From Octopus bimaculoides (lineage: Eukaryota), in the NCBI RefSeq assembly GCF_001194135.2, contig NC_068990.1:18692916-18756915 (forward strand): a stretch of DNA of 64,000 nucleotides, in the 5' to 3' direction. Numbering within the stretch: position 1 is the stretch's first letter; each line of letters opens with the position of its first letter. The notes under the pieces were generated by a model that searched no databases, was not told where the DNA came from, and worked only from the letters and a program-made list of their open reading frames with translations. Positions 1 through 11,438 of the stretch are shown here, piece by piece. Position numbers and translations under genes: made by a program.

Positions 1-140
1 CCAGTACACAACTGGTACTTATTTCATCGTTCCCGAAAAGATGAAAGGCAATATTAATCTCGACGGAATTTGAACTCAGAACGTAAAGAAGGACGAAAAA
101 ATTTTGTTCGGCGTGCTAACGATTTTGCCAGCTCGCTACC
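1..140 (-). mobile_element. tRNA-derived SINE, family A (partial, cut by window edge)
   Basis: Matches the other family A copies (ACTGGTACTTATTT..GAAAAGATGAAAGGC..GGAATTTGAACTCAGAACGTAAAG..GTGCTAACGATT..GCCAGCTCG). On the minus strand it carries A-box-like TGGCAAAATCGTTAG and B-box GTTCAAATTCC. Confidence 0.85.
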
Positions 141-1241
141 ATAAGCACAGGAATAATAATAATAATAATTATTATTATATTTGTACAACAATCAAATCAG
201 ATAAAGGCAATAATAAAAAAGTAATATTTTAAATCAGTCCAAAAATGTTTCTACACTTCTTCACTTTGGCGATGAAGGTTTTCATAATGATGCCCAAGAC
301 ATTTTCATTGCTCCACCAAACATTTTAGTGAGTTCGCTTGCACCCCTTGTTACCGAGCCTATGCTATGCAAGTTAGGCACATCAATGAGTAAGAGTATCA
401 TATTACCGTCCTAGTTCTATCACTTCAGACATAATGTCTCCAATCCCTTTTATTCAATGCGGCCTTCCTTTTCTTTAGACTCTAAACTATGGTTTGAAAA
501 AAAAACAAAAAAAAACAAAAAAAAACATTTCACTGCTATTCTCTCTATTGTTGTTTAGCTACAGATCAACCCCGCCTTATCAACCGTATTCCAATCTTGA
601 TCACTCAGTATTATTCCTAAAAGCATATCAAGGGCTACATTATTGGATGTGGTTTTCCTATCTTTAAGACTTTATAGATTAGTATTTCAAGGGTATGTTA
701 TATCGGATAAGGCAGTACCTAACATAGTGTACGACTCGACATTTACATTATTATCTCAGTAAATATCAGGTTAAGCTGTAGCCTAATCTCAGTCTCATGG
801 TTCGTGAAGTGTTTAATGATATATTTTATCCACCTAAAGAATGACTGAACAATTTTGGAAAATACCTGTTTTCTATTGAAACATTTCTTTAAAATGTTTT
901 CCAATATCAGTTACACATTCTTCATATAATGAGCACATCACCAAGCATATTGTTTTCCCCATTCTCTTACCGAATTTCCAAACAATGCAAAAGTATTAGA
1001 AACCTTGTATAATTTTCTCAAACTATTTGCCTGTACGACATTGCCGATTATTGTAATGTAGACAACTCGTTTTTTTTCGTGTAATGCGAAGTAAAAAGTA
1101 CTTTGATTTAAATTAAGTGAAATTTGTTTTGTTTTGACACCTTACGCAGTTTTCCTGAGAGTCATTATTTTACGTTCATTTATTCATTGGCACAGTAACT
1201 ATATACGATTTGCAATTATAAAAACAAATATTAACATACCT

Positions 1242-1281
<40 letters not shown>

Positions 1282-2843
1282 AGCAAAAATAAATACAAAA
1301 AAGGTGAGTTTTTTGTATGATATATTATTTTGTTTAAAAGAGTTCCAACACTGTCTGTTTGTTATGTTTTATTTATATTCCTGCAGAACCAATGTGGGGT
1401 ATAGAATATGGAATATACAATATATAATATAAAATAAAATAAAATAAAAATGGATGGCACCATGAAAGAAAGTATTGAATGTAGATGGAATATTGAGTGT
1501 ATATAAAGANNNNNNNNNNNNNNNNNNNNNNNNNNNNNNNNNNNNNNNNNNNNNNNNNNNNNNNNNNNNNNNNNNNNNNNNNNNNNNNNNNNNNNNNNNN
1601 NNNNNNNNNNNNNNNNNNNNNNNNNNNNNNNNNNNNNNNNNNNNNNNNNNNNNNNNNNNNNNNNNNNNNNNNNNNNNNNNNNNNNNNNNNNNNNNNNNNN
1701 NNNNNNNNNNNNNNNNNNNNNNNNNNNNNNNNNNNNNNNNNNNNNNNNNNNNNNNNNNNNNNNNNNNNNNNNNNNNNNNNNNNNNNNNNNNNNNNNNNNN
1801 NNNNNNNNNNNNNNNNNNNNNNNNNNNNNNNNNNNNNNNNNNNNNNNNNNNNNNNNNNNNNNNNNNNNNNNNNNNNNNNNNNNNNNNNNNNNNNNNNNNN
1901 NNNNNNNNNNNNNNNNNNNNNNNNNNNNNNNNNNNNNNNNNNNNNNNNNNNNNNNNNNNNNNNNNNNNNNNNNNNNNNNNNNNNNNNNNNNNNNNNNNNN
2001 NNNNNNNNNNNNNNNNNNNNNNNNNNNNNNNNNNNNNNNNNNNNNNNNNNNNNNNNNNNNNNNNNNNNNNNNNNNNNNNNNNNNNNNNNNNNNNNNNNNN
2101 NNNNNNNNNNNNNNNNNNNNNNNNNNNNNNNNNNNNNNNNNNNNNNNNNNNNNNNNNNNNNNNNNNNNNNNNNNNNNNNNNNNNNNNNNNNNNNNNNNNN
2201 NNNNNNNNNNNNNNNNNNNNNNNNNNNNNNNNNNNNNNNNNNNNNNNNNNNNNNNNNNNNNNNNNNNNNNNNNNNNNNNNNNNNNNNNNNNNNNNNNNNN
2301 NNNNNNNNNNNNNNNNNNNNNNNNNNNNNNNNNNNNNNNNNNNNNNNNNNNNNNNNNNNNNNNNNNNNNNNNNNNNNNNNNNNNNNNNNNNNNNNNNNNN
2401 NNNNNNNNNNNNNNNNNNNNNNNNNNNNNNNNNNNNNNNNNNNNNNNNNNNNNNNNNNNNNNNNNNNNNNNNNNNNNNNNNNNNNNNNNNNNNNNNNNNN
2501 TGTATAACAGACCCATTTTTAATCATTTATAAGCAACAATAATTCTTAAATCAAAATTGGTGGTCTAGTAAACAAGTTTCGGAATTCGCTTCAACGCACA
2601 TAACATAAAATTATGTTAATCCTCCTTTGAAATAAATGTATGCCTTTACTTGTATTACAACTAATCACGCTTCTTGACAATATTTTCCTGCCTTAAACCA
2701 CGCATGCGCACAAACACTAACAACCCCACCCCAACACTAAAACACACCCACACACTAACACACACACAGTCCCTGACGCGCACACACAAACACACACACA
2801 CATACACACACACGTACACGCAGACACGCACGTACACACATAT

Positions 2844-3005
2844 GGGCGCTGGCGTGGCTGTATTGTAAAAAGTTTGCTTTCCAACCGCGTAGTTCTTGGT
2901 GCAGTCCCACTGCGTTGCCTCTTGGCAAAGTTTCTTCCACTACAGATTCAAACCGATCTAAGAGTTGCAAGTGGATTTGGCAGAAGGACACTAAAAGTAG
3001 TCCGC
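2844..3005 (+). mobile_element. tRNA-derived SINE, family B, diverged 5' head
   Basis: GGGCGCTGGCGTGGCTGTATTGTAAAAAGTTTGC..CAGTCCCACTGCG..GTGGATTTGGCAGAAGG aligns by eye with the better copies at 62362-62749 and 3425-3722. Confidence 0.7.
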
Positions 3006-3424
3006 CAGATGTCATGCTTAACCGCTAGCTCCAAAAGTTTTATTTTATTCTCTCTCTCTGTTTATTTCCTTGTGTTCCTCTCTGTTGAAGAGCATAGGCT
3101 CGAAACATAAAAGACTTTCACACCTTCTCAAACATTAAACTAATACACCCGTTTGTTGTTTATACATCAGTCTTCGTCTTTTGTTTTTCTATAATTNNNN
3201 NNNNNNNNNNNNNNNNNNNNNNNNNNNNNNNNNNNNNNNNNNNNNNNNNNNNNNNNNNNNNNNNNNNNNNNNNNNNNNNNNNNNNNNNNNNNNNNNNNNN
3301 NNNNNNNNNNNNNNNNNNNNNNNNNNNNNNNNNNNNNNNNNNNNNNNNNNNNNNNNNNNNNNNNNNNNNNNNNNNNNNNNNNNNNNNNNNNNNNNNNNNN
3401 NNNNNNNNNNNNNNNNNNNNNNNN

Positions 3425-3474
3425 TTGTGAGTGGATTTGGCAGACGGAAACTGAAAGAAGCCCGTCGTATTCAT

Positions 3475-3541
<67 letters not shown>

Positions 3542-3722
3542 TGTTTTTGTCTGTGTTTGTCACCCGCAACATCGTTTAGGTCCCCGTAACTTAGCGGTTC
3601 GGCAAAAGACACCGATAGAATAAGTACTAGGCTTACAAAGAATAAGTACTGGGGTTGATTTGCTCGACTAATGGTGGGGATACAGCTTGGCCGCAGTCAA
3701 ATGACTAAAACAAATAAAAGCT
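3425..3722 (+). mobile_element. SINE family B, body and 3' tail (5' end lost in gap)
   Basis: GTGAGTGGATTTGGCAGACGGAAACTGAAAGAAGCCCGTC, internal (AT)n(GT)n, then GTAACTTAGCGGTTCGGCAAAAG..GGCCGCAGTCAAATGACT. A second diverged tail copy follows to about 3812. Confidence 0.85.
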
Positions 3723-3976
3723 TAAAACAAATTAAGTCCTGGAATGGATCTTTTGGAATAAATTGTTTCAAGGCGTTGCTTTAGCATGGCCGCAGGCTGA
3801 TGACGGAAATAATTTAAGGAATTACTCTGTACTCCCTGAGCAAAAACAAAATGTTAAAATAGGTGTCTACATTTCGTAACTTAGACAAGATGGGTGCTTC
3901 CAAAAACACATACGGGTATGTCTTCGTTTTTTTTATCCTAACATTGTATACAGCAACTATCAGTTAGGACTGATAC

Positions 3977-4031
3977 CCGGAACCATGTGGTTGGTAAGCA
4001 AGCTACTTACCACACAGCCACTCCTGCGCCT
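3977..4031 (-). mobile_element. SINE family B, tRNA-like head fragment
   Basis: Reverse complement reads AGGCGCAGGAGTGGCTGTGTGGTAAGTAGCTTGCTTACCAACCACATGGTTCCGGG. Confidence 0.8.
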
Positions 4032-4691
4032 GTTGAAGTATTTAGAACGTATACAATGACATCTGCATATTCGGTATTCTCATATCTTTTCTAGGGAACA
4101 TATTGATTTTCTATTTGGATACATAACCATTAATACCACTAAAACCACTTTTATTATAGTGTATATTGACACACAAAGAAGGCAGTCTTTCATTGCTTCT
4201 TATGTCTTTAAGCTGGATATTTACTTTGCCTGTTAATTTCTCTCAACTAATCTCTCCATCTTTTTGATTCTCTATCACATTTTATTAATATTTCTCAATA
4301 TATATGCTGATTCATGAGTTTCTTCAATTGAAGTCACTATCTATATTGTATAAACCTATCAACCATTTTGAATTTGTCACGACTTTCTAATTAATCTTAT
4401 ACAATCCAGTTTCCCTTTATCATGACTAATTCAACTTTAATCCTTCTCCTCCATTTCATGTTCTCTTTGAGACTATAAATCAGCAAAAGATATCTACTCT
4501 GTAACCACCTACATCGTCTTTATTCATAATTGTTTACACGCACACACACACGAACAATTATGTATGCTTTTCTATTGTGAAGCCTCTCCCGCACAAATTA
4601 AAATTAAGCCTAAAACGGTAATTTCTTGATAATAAATCCCCAGGTCGTAAACAATAACAAATAATCATTTTGACAACGTGTAATCTGTACA

Positions 4692-4806
<115 letters not shown>

Positions 4807-5084
4807 TAAGTGAGGTTCTACCAATTGTCATTTGAGCTTTAGAAACAACAATGAAAAGTCTCAAAGAGTGGGTAGAAACGATTGACTTGCAGAAGCACAT
4901 AGAATAGTAATATATGCAAATGGTCTGCTTGTTAGAAATGACGAAGGCCATACACAATCTCTTGGCGGCTGAATTCGCCGGTGATAACTATTTATCTAAG
5001 TGTAAAGCTACCTAAATTCAAAAGAGATACAAAGAATTCTGAAATAGATAAAAAATAATCTTTCCTAGTATGGGCACAAGGCCT

Positions 5085-5707
5085 CAAATTTTGAGGGACC
5101 TATTCTGTAGGATTTTACTCCACTTCAAACACTTTGCAAAGTTGTTTTTCAAAGTAGTGGTTTTCTGATTGCAGCCCTCCGTGAAATCTGCCTTTGTGCA
5201 GCTCTCGGCGAACAGTTTTTGTGGAAACTGGGTTCCCGAGGTGGTCATTAAGCTATGCAACAATTTTGGAAGCTGTATTTTTGTGATCCATTCTAACAAT
5301 TAGCTTAAAAGTCCGACGCTCCCTATCTGAAAGTTTTGGTTTTCTTCCAGAGTTTTGTTTCGACGAGGAGGTTTCCCCACCTTTCTCAAAAGCTGTCATT
5401 ACTTTCGAGACAGTACTTGTTGATACACCAAACATTTCGGCTGTTATCGTTAGGCTATCACCTACCATACGCGCACCAATAATTTGACCTCTTTGAAAGT
5501 CCGATAGTTCTGTCATTTTAATGAATTTTATTTACATTTTTCTGCTGATATTTGAAAAGAATCTTCAATTTTAGAAAAAAACATACTAAGCAACACTAAT
5601 AATAAATAAAAGAACATAAAAATAAACAAGCTTTTGACGGTTTTATAGATATTTCAAAATTATGATGCTATGATGCTCGGTGTTTCCATTATTTTGTCCA
5701 AACCCTG
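5085..5707 (-). mobile_element. Tc1-family transposon, 5' part, frameshifted and 3'-truncated
   Basis: ORF 5253-5516 (MTELSDFQRGQIIGAR..GRKPKLSDRERR) is a Tc1 N-terminal HTH region. After a frameshift it continues ELNDHLGNPVSTKTVRRELHK..RAAIRKPLL. Terminus TA|CAGGGTTTGGACAAAATAATGGAAACAC ends at 5707. No second TIR seen. Confidence 0.9.
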
Positions 5708-5993
5708 TATATAATTACAGTGTGCACATCATATGTGTATGTTGTTTCTCATAAGCATATGCGTGTATACTTACAAAAGTTATATACATATCTAACTTGT
5801 GTTCACATGTCAGTAAATGTCAAATATTTTTGAATTCTCACGAGGAGATATACAAGTTGTCGTATAACAGAAACTTTATTTGACACAAATCTCATCTTAA
5901 TGTCATTTCATAGGTTCTTCTCTTCCCATACCACTTCTCTCACAAAGCGCTTTACACAACCGAACTAAAAATCAAAAGGAAAAACACTCGGAC

Positions 5994-6029
<36 letters not shown>

Positions 6030-6146
6030 CGCTGTAAAACGTTTTCTATATTGATACGATACATGCGTGGGAATCCAAAGCTAAGTTATGATTATAAAAA
6101 TATAACATAGAAGAAGAATACACGGAAACAATGCAAACCATATCTA

Positions 6147-6376
6147 TCTTTTTATTGCCAACAAGGGGCTAAACATAGAGGGGACAAACAAGAACACACA
6201 AAGGCAAATAGTCGATTACATCGACCCCAGTAAGCAACTGGTAGTTATTTAATTGACCCCAGAAGAGTGAAAAGCAAAGTCGACCTCGGCAGAATTTGAA
6301 CGCAGAACGTAACTGCAGACGAAATACTGCGAAGCATTTCGCCCGGCGTGCTAACAATTCTGCCAGCTCGCCGCCT
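6147..6376 (-). mobile_element. SINE family A, full length
   Basis: Head GGCGGCGAGCTGGCAGAATTGTTAGCACGCCGGGCG at the right end, central GTCGACTTTGC..GGGGTCAATT, and tail containing AATAAA. Confidence 0.9.
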
Positions 6377-6791
6377 TTGAAACCGTATATATTAAATACT
6401 ACTTCCTTCAAATCATCCATCATAAGTTTCTGTTTCAAGCACTTTTAGGTATATACACAAAATAACGTTCCACCCCCTCCCCCCACACAAAACACACAAA
6501 CACACACACATACGCAAACACACACATCATTTTCATCAAGTGGGCAAATTAGAAAAGATTAAAAATTCATTTGTTTAATGTAGCAAACCGGAATCAGTAT
6601 GTGACATACATCTAGTTAGCAGGTTGCTAATTTATAAACGACCATTATCGGGATAAGTTATCGAAAAACACTACGTAAATGAATCAAAAATATAAAATAC
6701 AACGGGAAGTAGTTCTGATATTGATAAAGAAATAAAATTTATATAATTATGCATCTATGTATCTCTGTGTGCACGTAAGAATATGTAAATG

Positions 6792-6829
<38 letters not shown>

Positions 6830-6989
6830 CACCTGACACTTGCATTATTGTCTGTATAATACACTCACACAGTCAGACAAAGAAGAATATATATATATAT
6901 ATATATATTAACATATATATATTGATATTTATTGAAACTGCTCTCTCTTTTCTCTCTCTCTATCATACACATATAGAAGTACACGTATA

Positions 6990-7250
6990 CGAGAAAGAGC
7001 TGAAACGTTCACAGGCTGACTATGATACTACAGCTGTGAAGTCTTGCATGCAATAATTTCAAAATCTTGTTAATAACTGCATTGTTTCTTGCCGGGTAAA
7101 CAGAAATCTGACTGCTCAAATAAGACTCAAATGTAACTTGCAGCGACTTTTCTTGGATACGGACAAAATTTGGCATCGTTGTGTTATCAAGTGTTTACAG
7201 AAAAGGGGTTTAGCTCCCAAGGTAATCTAAGCTGATATGGTTGCTACATT
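6990..7250 (+). mobile_element. mariner 5' fragment (TIR plus decayed HTH start)
   Basis: TA|CGAGAAAGAGCTGAAACGTTCACAGGCT resembles the TIR at 43052. Downstream translation DKIWHRCVIKCLQKRGLAPKVI*ADMVAT matches mariner N-termini of the 'RAVIKFL..KG..PKEIHADM' type. Confidence 0.75.
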
Positions 7251-7260
7251 TTCTTTACCC

Positions 7261-7345
7261 GGCTTTAGTTACGTAACGTGATATTTTGGCTTTATTTACG
7301 TAACGTGATATTTCAGTTTTATTTACGTAACGTGATATTTCAGTT
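7261..7345. repeat. 27-bp tandem repeat x3 containing TTACGTAACGTGA
   Basis: Units start at 7261, 7288 and 7315. Confidence 0.9.
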
Positions 7346-7547
7346 GCCATTAAAAATTGTGACACATCCTCTAGAGGCAGAGATATTTTCAGTAAATCTT
7401 GAATTTATGTTCTACGCATTTTAATATAAACTTATTCGTCTATTTTGTTCATGTAGATGTCACTAGATCACACTGAGTTACTCTTTTAGCTCAAGTTTTA
7501 AAGACTTATTTCAGTTATATCAATTAAAAGAGGCCTTCAAATTCACA

Positions 7548-7674
7548 CACTCTCTCTCTGTCTCTCTGTCTCTCTCTGTCTCTCTCTGTCTCTCTCTGTC
7601 ACTCTGTCTCTCTGTCTCTCTCTCCATGTCTCTCTCTGTCTCTCTGTCTGTCTCTGCCTCTGTCTCTGTCTGTC

Positions 7675-7737
<63 letters not shown>

Positions 7738-7738
7738 G
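7548..7738. repeat. (CT)/(CTGT)/(CA) compound microsatellite
   Basis: Directly visible. Confidence 0.95.
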
Positions 7739-7864
7739 AGTTTCTTGTTCTTACGTAGCCATTTAAAAACTGCAGATGTACCAGCACCTGAACGACTGTC
7801 ATGGATATTCATGTGCATTTATTCCAAACTTAAGTCGAATATTTAAACTGTAAACGTTTTCTGA

Positions 7865-8065
7865 TTCAGGCATAGGGCCAGTAATGTTGAAAAAGTCAGG
7901 GGATTCGTCTGTACTTTAGCTACTCGTATTTGACTGGTACTTTATATTATCGACCCCGAAAAGGCGAAAATCAGAGTTGATCTCGGTGGGATTTGAATGC
8001 ACAACATGAAAATCCATTCGGTAAACAACTACTAAGCAATTAGTCTTCTGCGCCAAAATTTTGCA
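7865..8065 (-). mobile_element. SINE family A, old diverged copy
   Basis: GACTGGTACTTTATATTATCGACCCCGAAAAGGCGAAAATCAGAGTTGATCTCGGTGGGATTTGAATGC core. Confidence 0.7.
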
Positions 8066-9032
8066 ATGTCCTCCACTTTATTGAAACTATAAATGATAGC
8101 AAATTCAGAAAAAGTATTGTGATAAAAATTAGCTGAAACAGCATTAATCATATTGCCATTCTTTTTCTTGAGATGCAAGGGTAAACGTTCTAAGAAGCAC
8201 TCTAATTGTTTATATATTTCGTTTCAGTAGTTTTTAGCACTCAATGCATTTCTTTTAGATTTTATTCATTTTTTGCTAATTAATGTTTTATTCGAAAGCG
8301 ATAGCGTCGTTATTCTTTTCTGTTTATCGATACAAATACATGGTTCTAATCGGTGTTTGATGAATTTTTCTCTCCATTTCATTTCGTAAGCTGAGATTTT
8401 GATGTTGTTTGTCTCTTGGGTAACATTGTTAACATTTAGTAAAAAAGACAGTTTAGAAGAAGAATGGGAGTTTGACGAAAGGAATTAAGAATACGAGTGG
8501 TGGGGGAGAATAAGGTAAAAGAAGTAGAACAGAATATTTAAGAGAACGCAATTGGTGTTTAGAATATAAAAAAATAGAAGAGAAAAGAAAATGAATTCTC
8601 CTGCCAACAGGAGTCGAACAAATAAAATAATGAAACAAAACGAGAACAAAATAAAAACAATGTAAACGGAAAATGAAGAATGAAAATGAAAGAATATAGA
8701 AAATTGAATAAATCAGAATGAAGAAGAGAACAGAAAAATATATTTTATTTTCTTAAGTAATCAGGAGACTTAATGAAATAAGACGAGAAAGAACGGATGA
8801 GGTTAATTAATATTAAGAAAATAAACTAGATAATTATTTGCAAAACATAAACTCTTATAACCTTCATATTGGAAATAGAATAAGTCAATGATGAAAATAA
8901 ATTACAAACAAATAAAATATTTGTAATTATACAATTAAAGCATGTATGAAAAAAATTTGTAAATAATTAACTTACAGAAAATGAAATTAGCAAATTACGT
9001 CACAATAGAAAACCAAAACAATTAAAACAAAG

Positions 9033-9063
<31 letters not shown>

Positions 9064-9944
9064 GTTATAAAGTGTTTAATTGCAAAAACATTTAGAAATT
9101 AGGTTCCACGCATTACGGAACCAAAATCACGCGTCATAAACTCCAAAATAACTCTGATAATAATGGTTAGATTGTTCCATTGCTGCCTGTGTGCTGCAAA
9201 ATAGTATCAGAATGCAGAGTCAAAGAGTTCGCAACTATTTCGAATTGAATATAATTTCTTACATTTTATATTTTTTAAAATTTTCAATATATAGTTTGTA
9301 TTTTTAAACACAGCAGGTTCATAAAATATACTATCTCCAGACGAATACTGCAATAAATTTGCTTTTCGCGATTAATTTACATTACGTATAATGCACAAAT
9401 GGCTATTTTAATCTAATACTGTTTCTGTTGCCTAAAATAAATCGTTATTCAACCGGGTGGCTGGTGCAATGCTAATCATTGCTCAATCACTTTTCTCCTA
9501 TATTAGTAAGTTGGATGTCATCTCTGCATGCGGTCGACAGTGAGTACATGCTACTGACAATGTGTAGAGAAGCAGAAATGCTCTTGTAGCACACTCACCA
9601 CCCTCTGATGGACGATTTTCGTCTACTACCGTAATCGTTTCTTCCTTTAAATACAGCACATCCATAATATATATTAACTCTCCACGATTATCACTATAAA
9701 TTAGGGTTTTGTGATGTATTTATATTAAGTATGATACGCAGGTGGTTATTTTAGTATAATACTGCTTCTTGTGCATAAACCAGATTGTTGTGGTGAATAA
9801 AACAAAATTGTTGCTTGATATACAGTCAATATTTTCATCATTTAAATGTCATGACCTGAGCCCCCTTATATCAGTGGCTCTAACACTTTATAGTAAACTG
9901 TACACTTAAATCTCTATATCGAATAAAGAGCTATTGCAATACTG

Positions 9945-10245
9945 GCAACACCTTATAATTGATTGCTGTATTACTAGAGAAATATGGTACTTCCAATCAT
10001 CCGTCTTCATGAGAAAGATGGTCAACTAATGTTTAAGAGATTTCATCGTTCAACTCCTATGACCGGAGATACATACGTCGTTGGTCCAAATACTTTATAC
10101 TTTATATATTTTAACTGTCGACAGTAAGTATATGTAATGTCACTACTACAAGTAGTAGCAATACCTTATAATTGATAGCTGCGTTACTAACACTGCATGC
10201 TATTTACAGCCATTCTTCTTCAAGAGAAAGATAACTGACTAATGT
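9945..10245. repeat. Diverged direct duplication, period 213 bp
   Basis: GCAACACCTTATAATTGATTGCTG..GAGAAAGATGGTCAACTAATGT (9945-10032) versus GCAATACCTTATAATTGATAGCTG..GAGAAAGATAACTGACTAATGT (10158-10245). Confidence 0.8.
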
Positions 10246-11230
10246 GTCATAGAATATTGCCTGTAAACTATGCAACTCTGGATAAAATAGTTATACAAGT
10301 CTTTGTGAGAAGACGTTTTCACTTTGGAAAATAAATTAAAGGCCAACATTTTCGGAACTTTCATCTGAAATAGAAATCAAAAGGTCAGAATGTAGTTCAG
10401 GATAGAGCAGAAATAGTTTAGAATACAAATGACAGGCATGCATTAGACTAGGTCCTGTATTTAGAAAAGCGCTTTTGAACGACCTAATAGGAAGGTCATA
10501 TGCTATACAGGCTCAGATCTAAGAACATTGTACACATTTATAACAGCTTGCATTCTAGTAGACAAAAATAATGCAAAAACGAAACAAAATAAAAAACATT
10601 CGATTAAAGAGGAACTGTTCAGAGTTGATAGAAATAAGAATACTTAATGCAGCAGATATATGTGATACAGATGACCTCATCGGAGATCACCGGAGAAAAT
10701 TATGACAGATCGTGTTCAGACAAAAATCACTCCGTTATGTATAGTTGCTACAGTTCTGATGGAAATATATAAATTTCCATTAAACTACTGCTTTACTTTG
10801 TTGCATGTAAGAAAGAAGGAAAAAAATTAATATATATCACACTTTATGCTAGCTTCTATTATTATGAAAGTCTGAAACATTATTTAAAACAAGCCAACAA
10901 AAATGCAGGCTGCACGAAAAGAGGGCAATGGAATCAAGACAGACGCCAGCTCTGTTCACTAAATGATATCAGATGGAATACACAAATATGAATACTCATG
11001 CTCGTTTATATGTTAACGTATGTGCCAATATTTATCTTAATGTTTCTGAGGTAAAATACAATAGAGTACACTCAAACAGAAATATTAAAACACTCACAAG
11101 CACACACACTCTCTCTCTCACATTCTCTCTCTCTCATCTATATCTATATACAAGATTTAAGGAATAGAGTAGATAAGATCTGGGCTACATATTTTTGATA
11201 GCGAGCGAAACCTCGGAAGTGGTAAAGATC

Positions 11231-11438
11231 CAAGTAACGTATATACCGAAGGCTACTTTTCAGGCCAAGGATATCTTTATTACATGAAAGTTTACATCGT
11301 CGCAAAGAGGTACATGTTAACACATAGAAAATTTAATCTTCCATGTGTTAACATGTATCTCCTTGCAGCAATCTAAGCCTTCATTTAATCAAGGTATCCC
11401 TGGCCTGAAGAATAGCCTGCGGTATATACCTCGCTTGT
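11231..11438. mobile_element. Fold-back palindromic element (MITE-like)
   Basis: 89-bp arms starting at 11239 and ending at 11429, about 16 mismatches, with a 13-nt loop. Confidence 0.75.

Noticed and set aside
238-330. 93-nt AG..GTGAGT segment translating ..DIFIAPPN, reminiscent of the piggyBac-derived PGBD2 N-terminus
   Set aside because: Similarity is limited to six residues, the acidic DEDSG motif that should follow is absent, and two frames are open, so it is uninformative.
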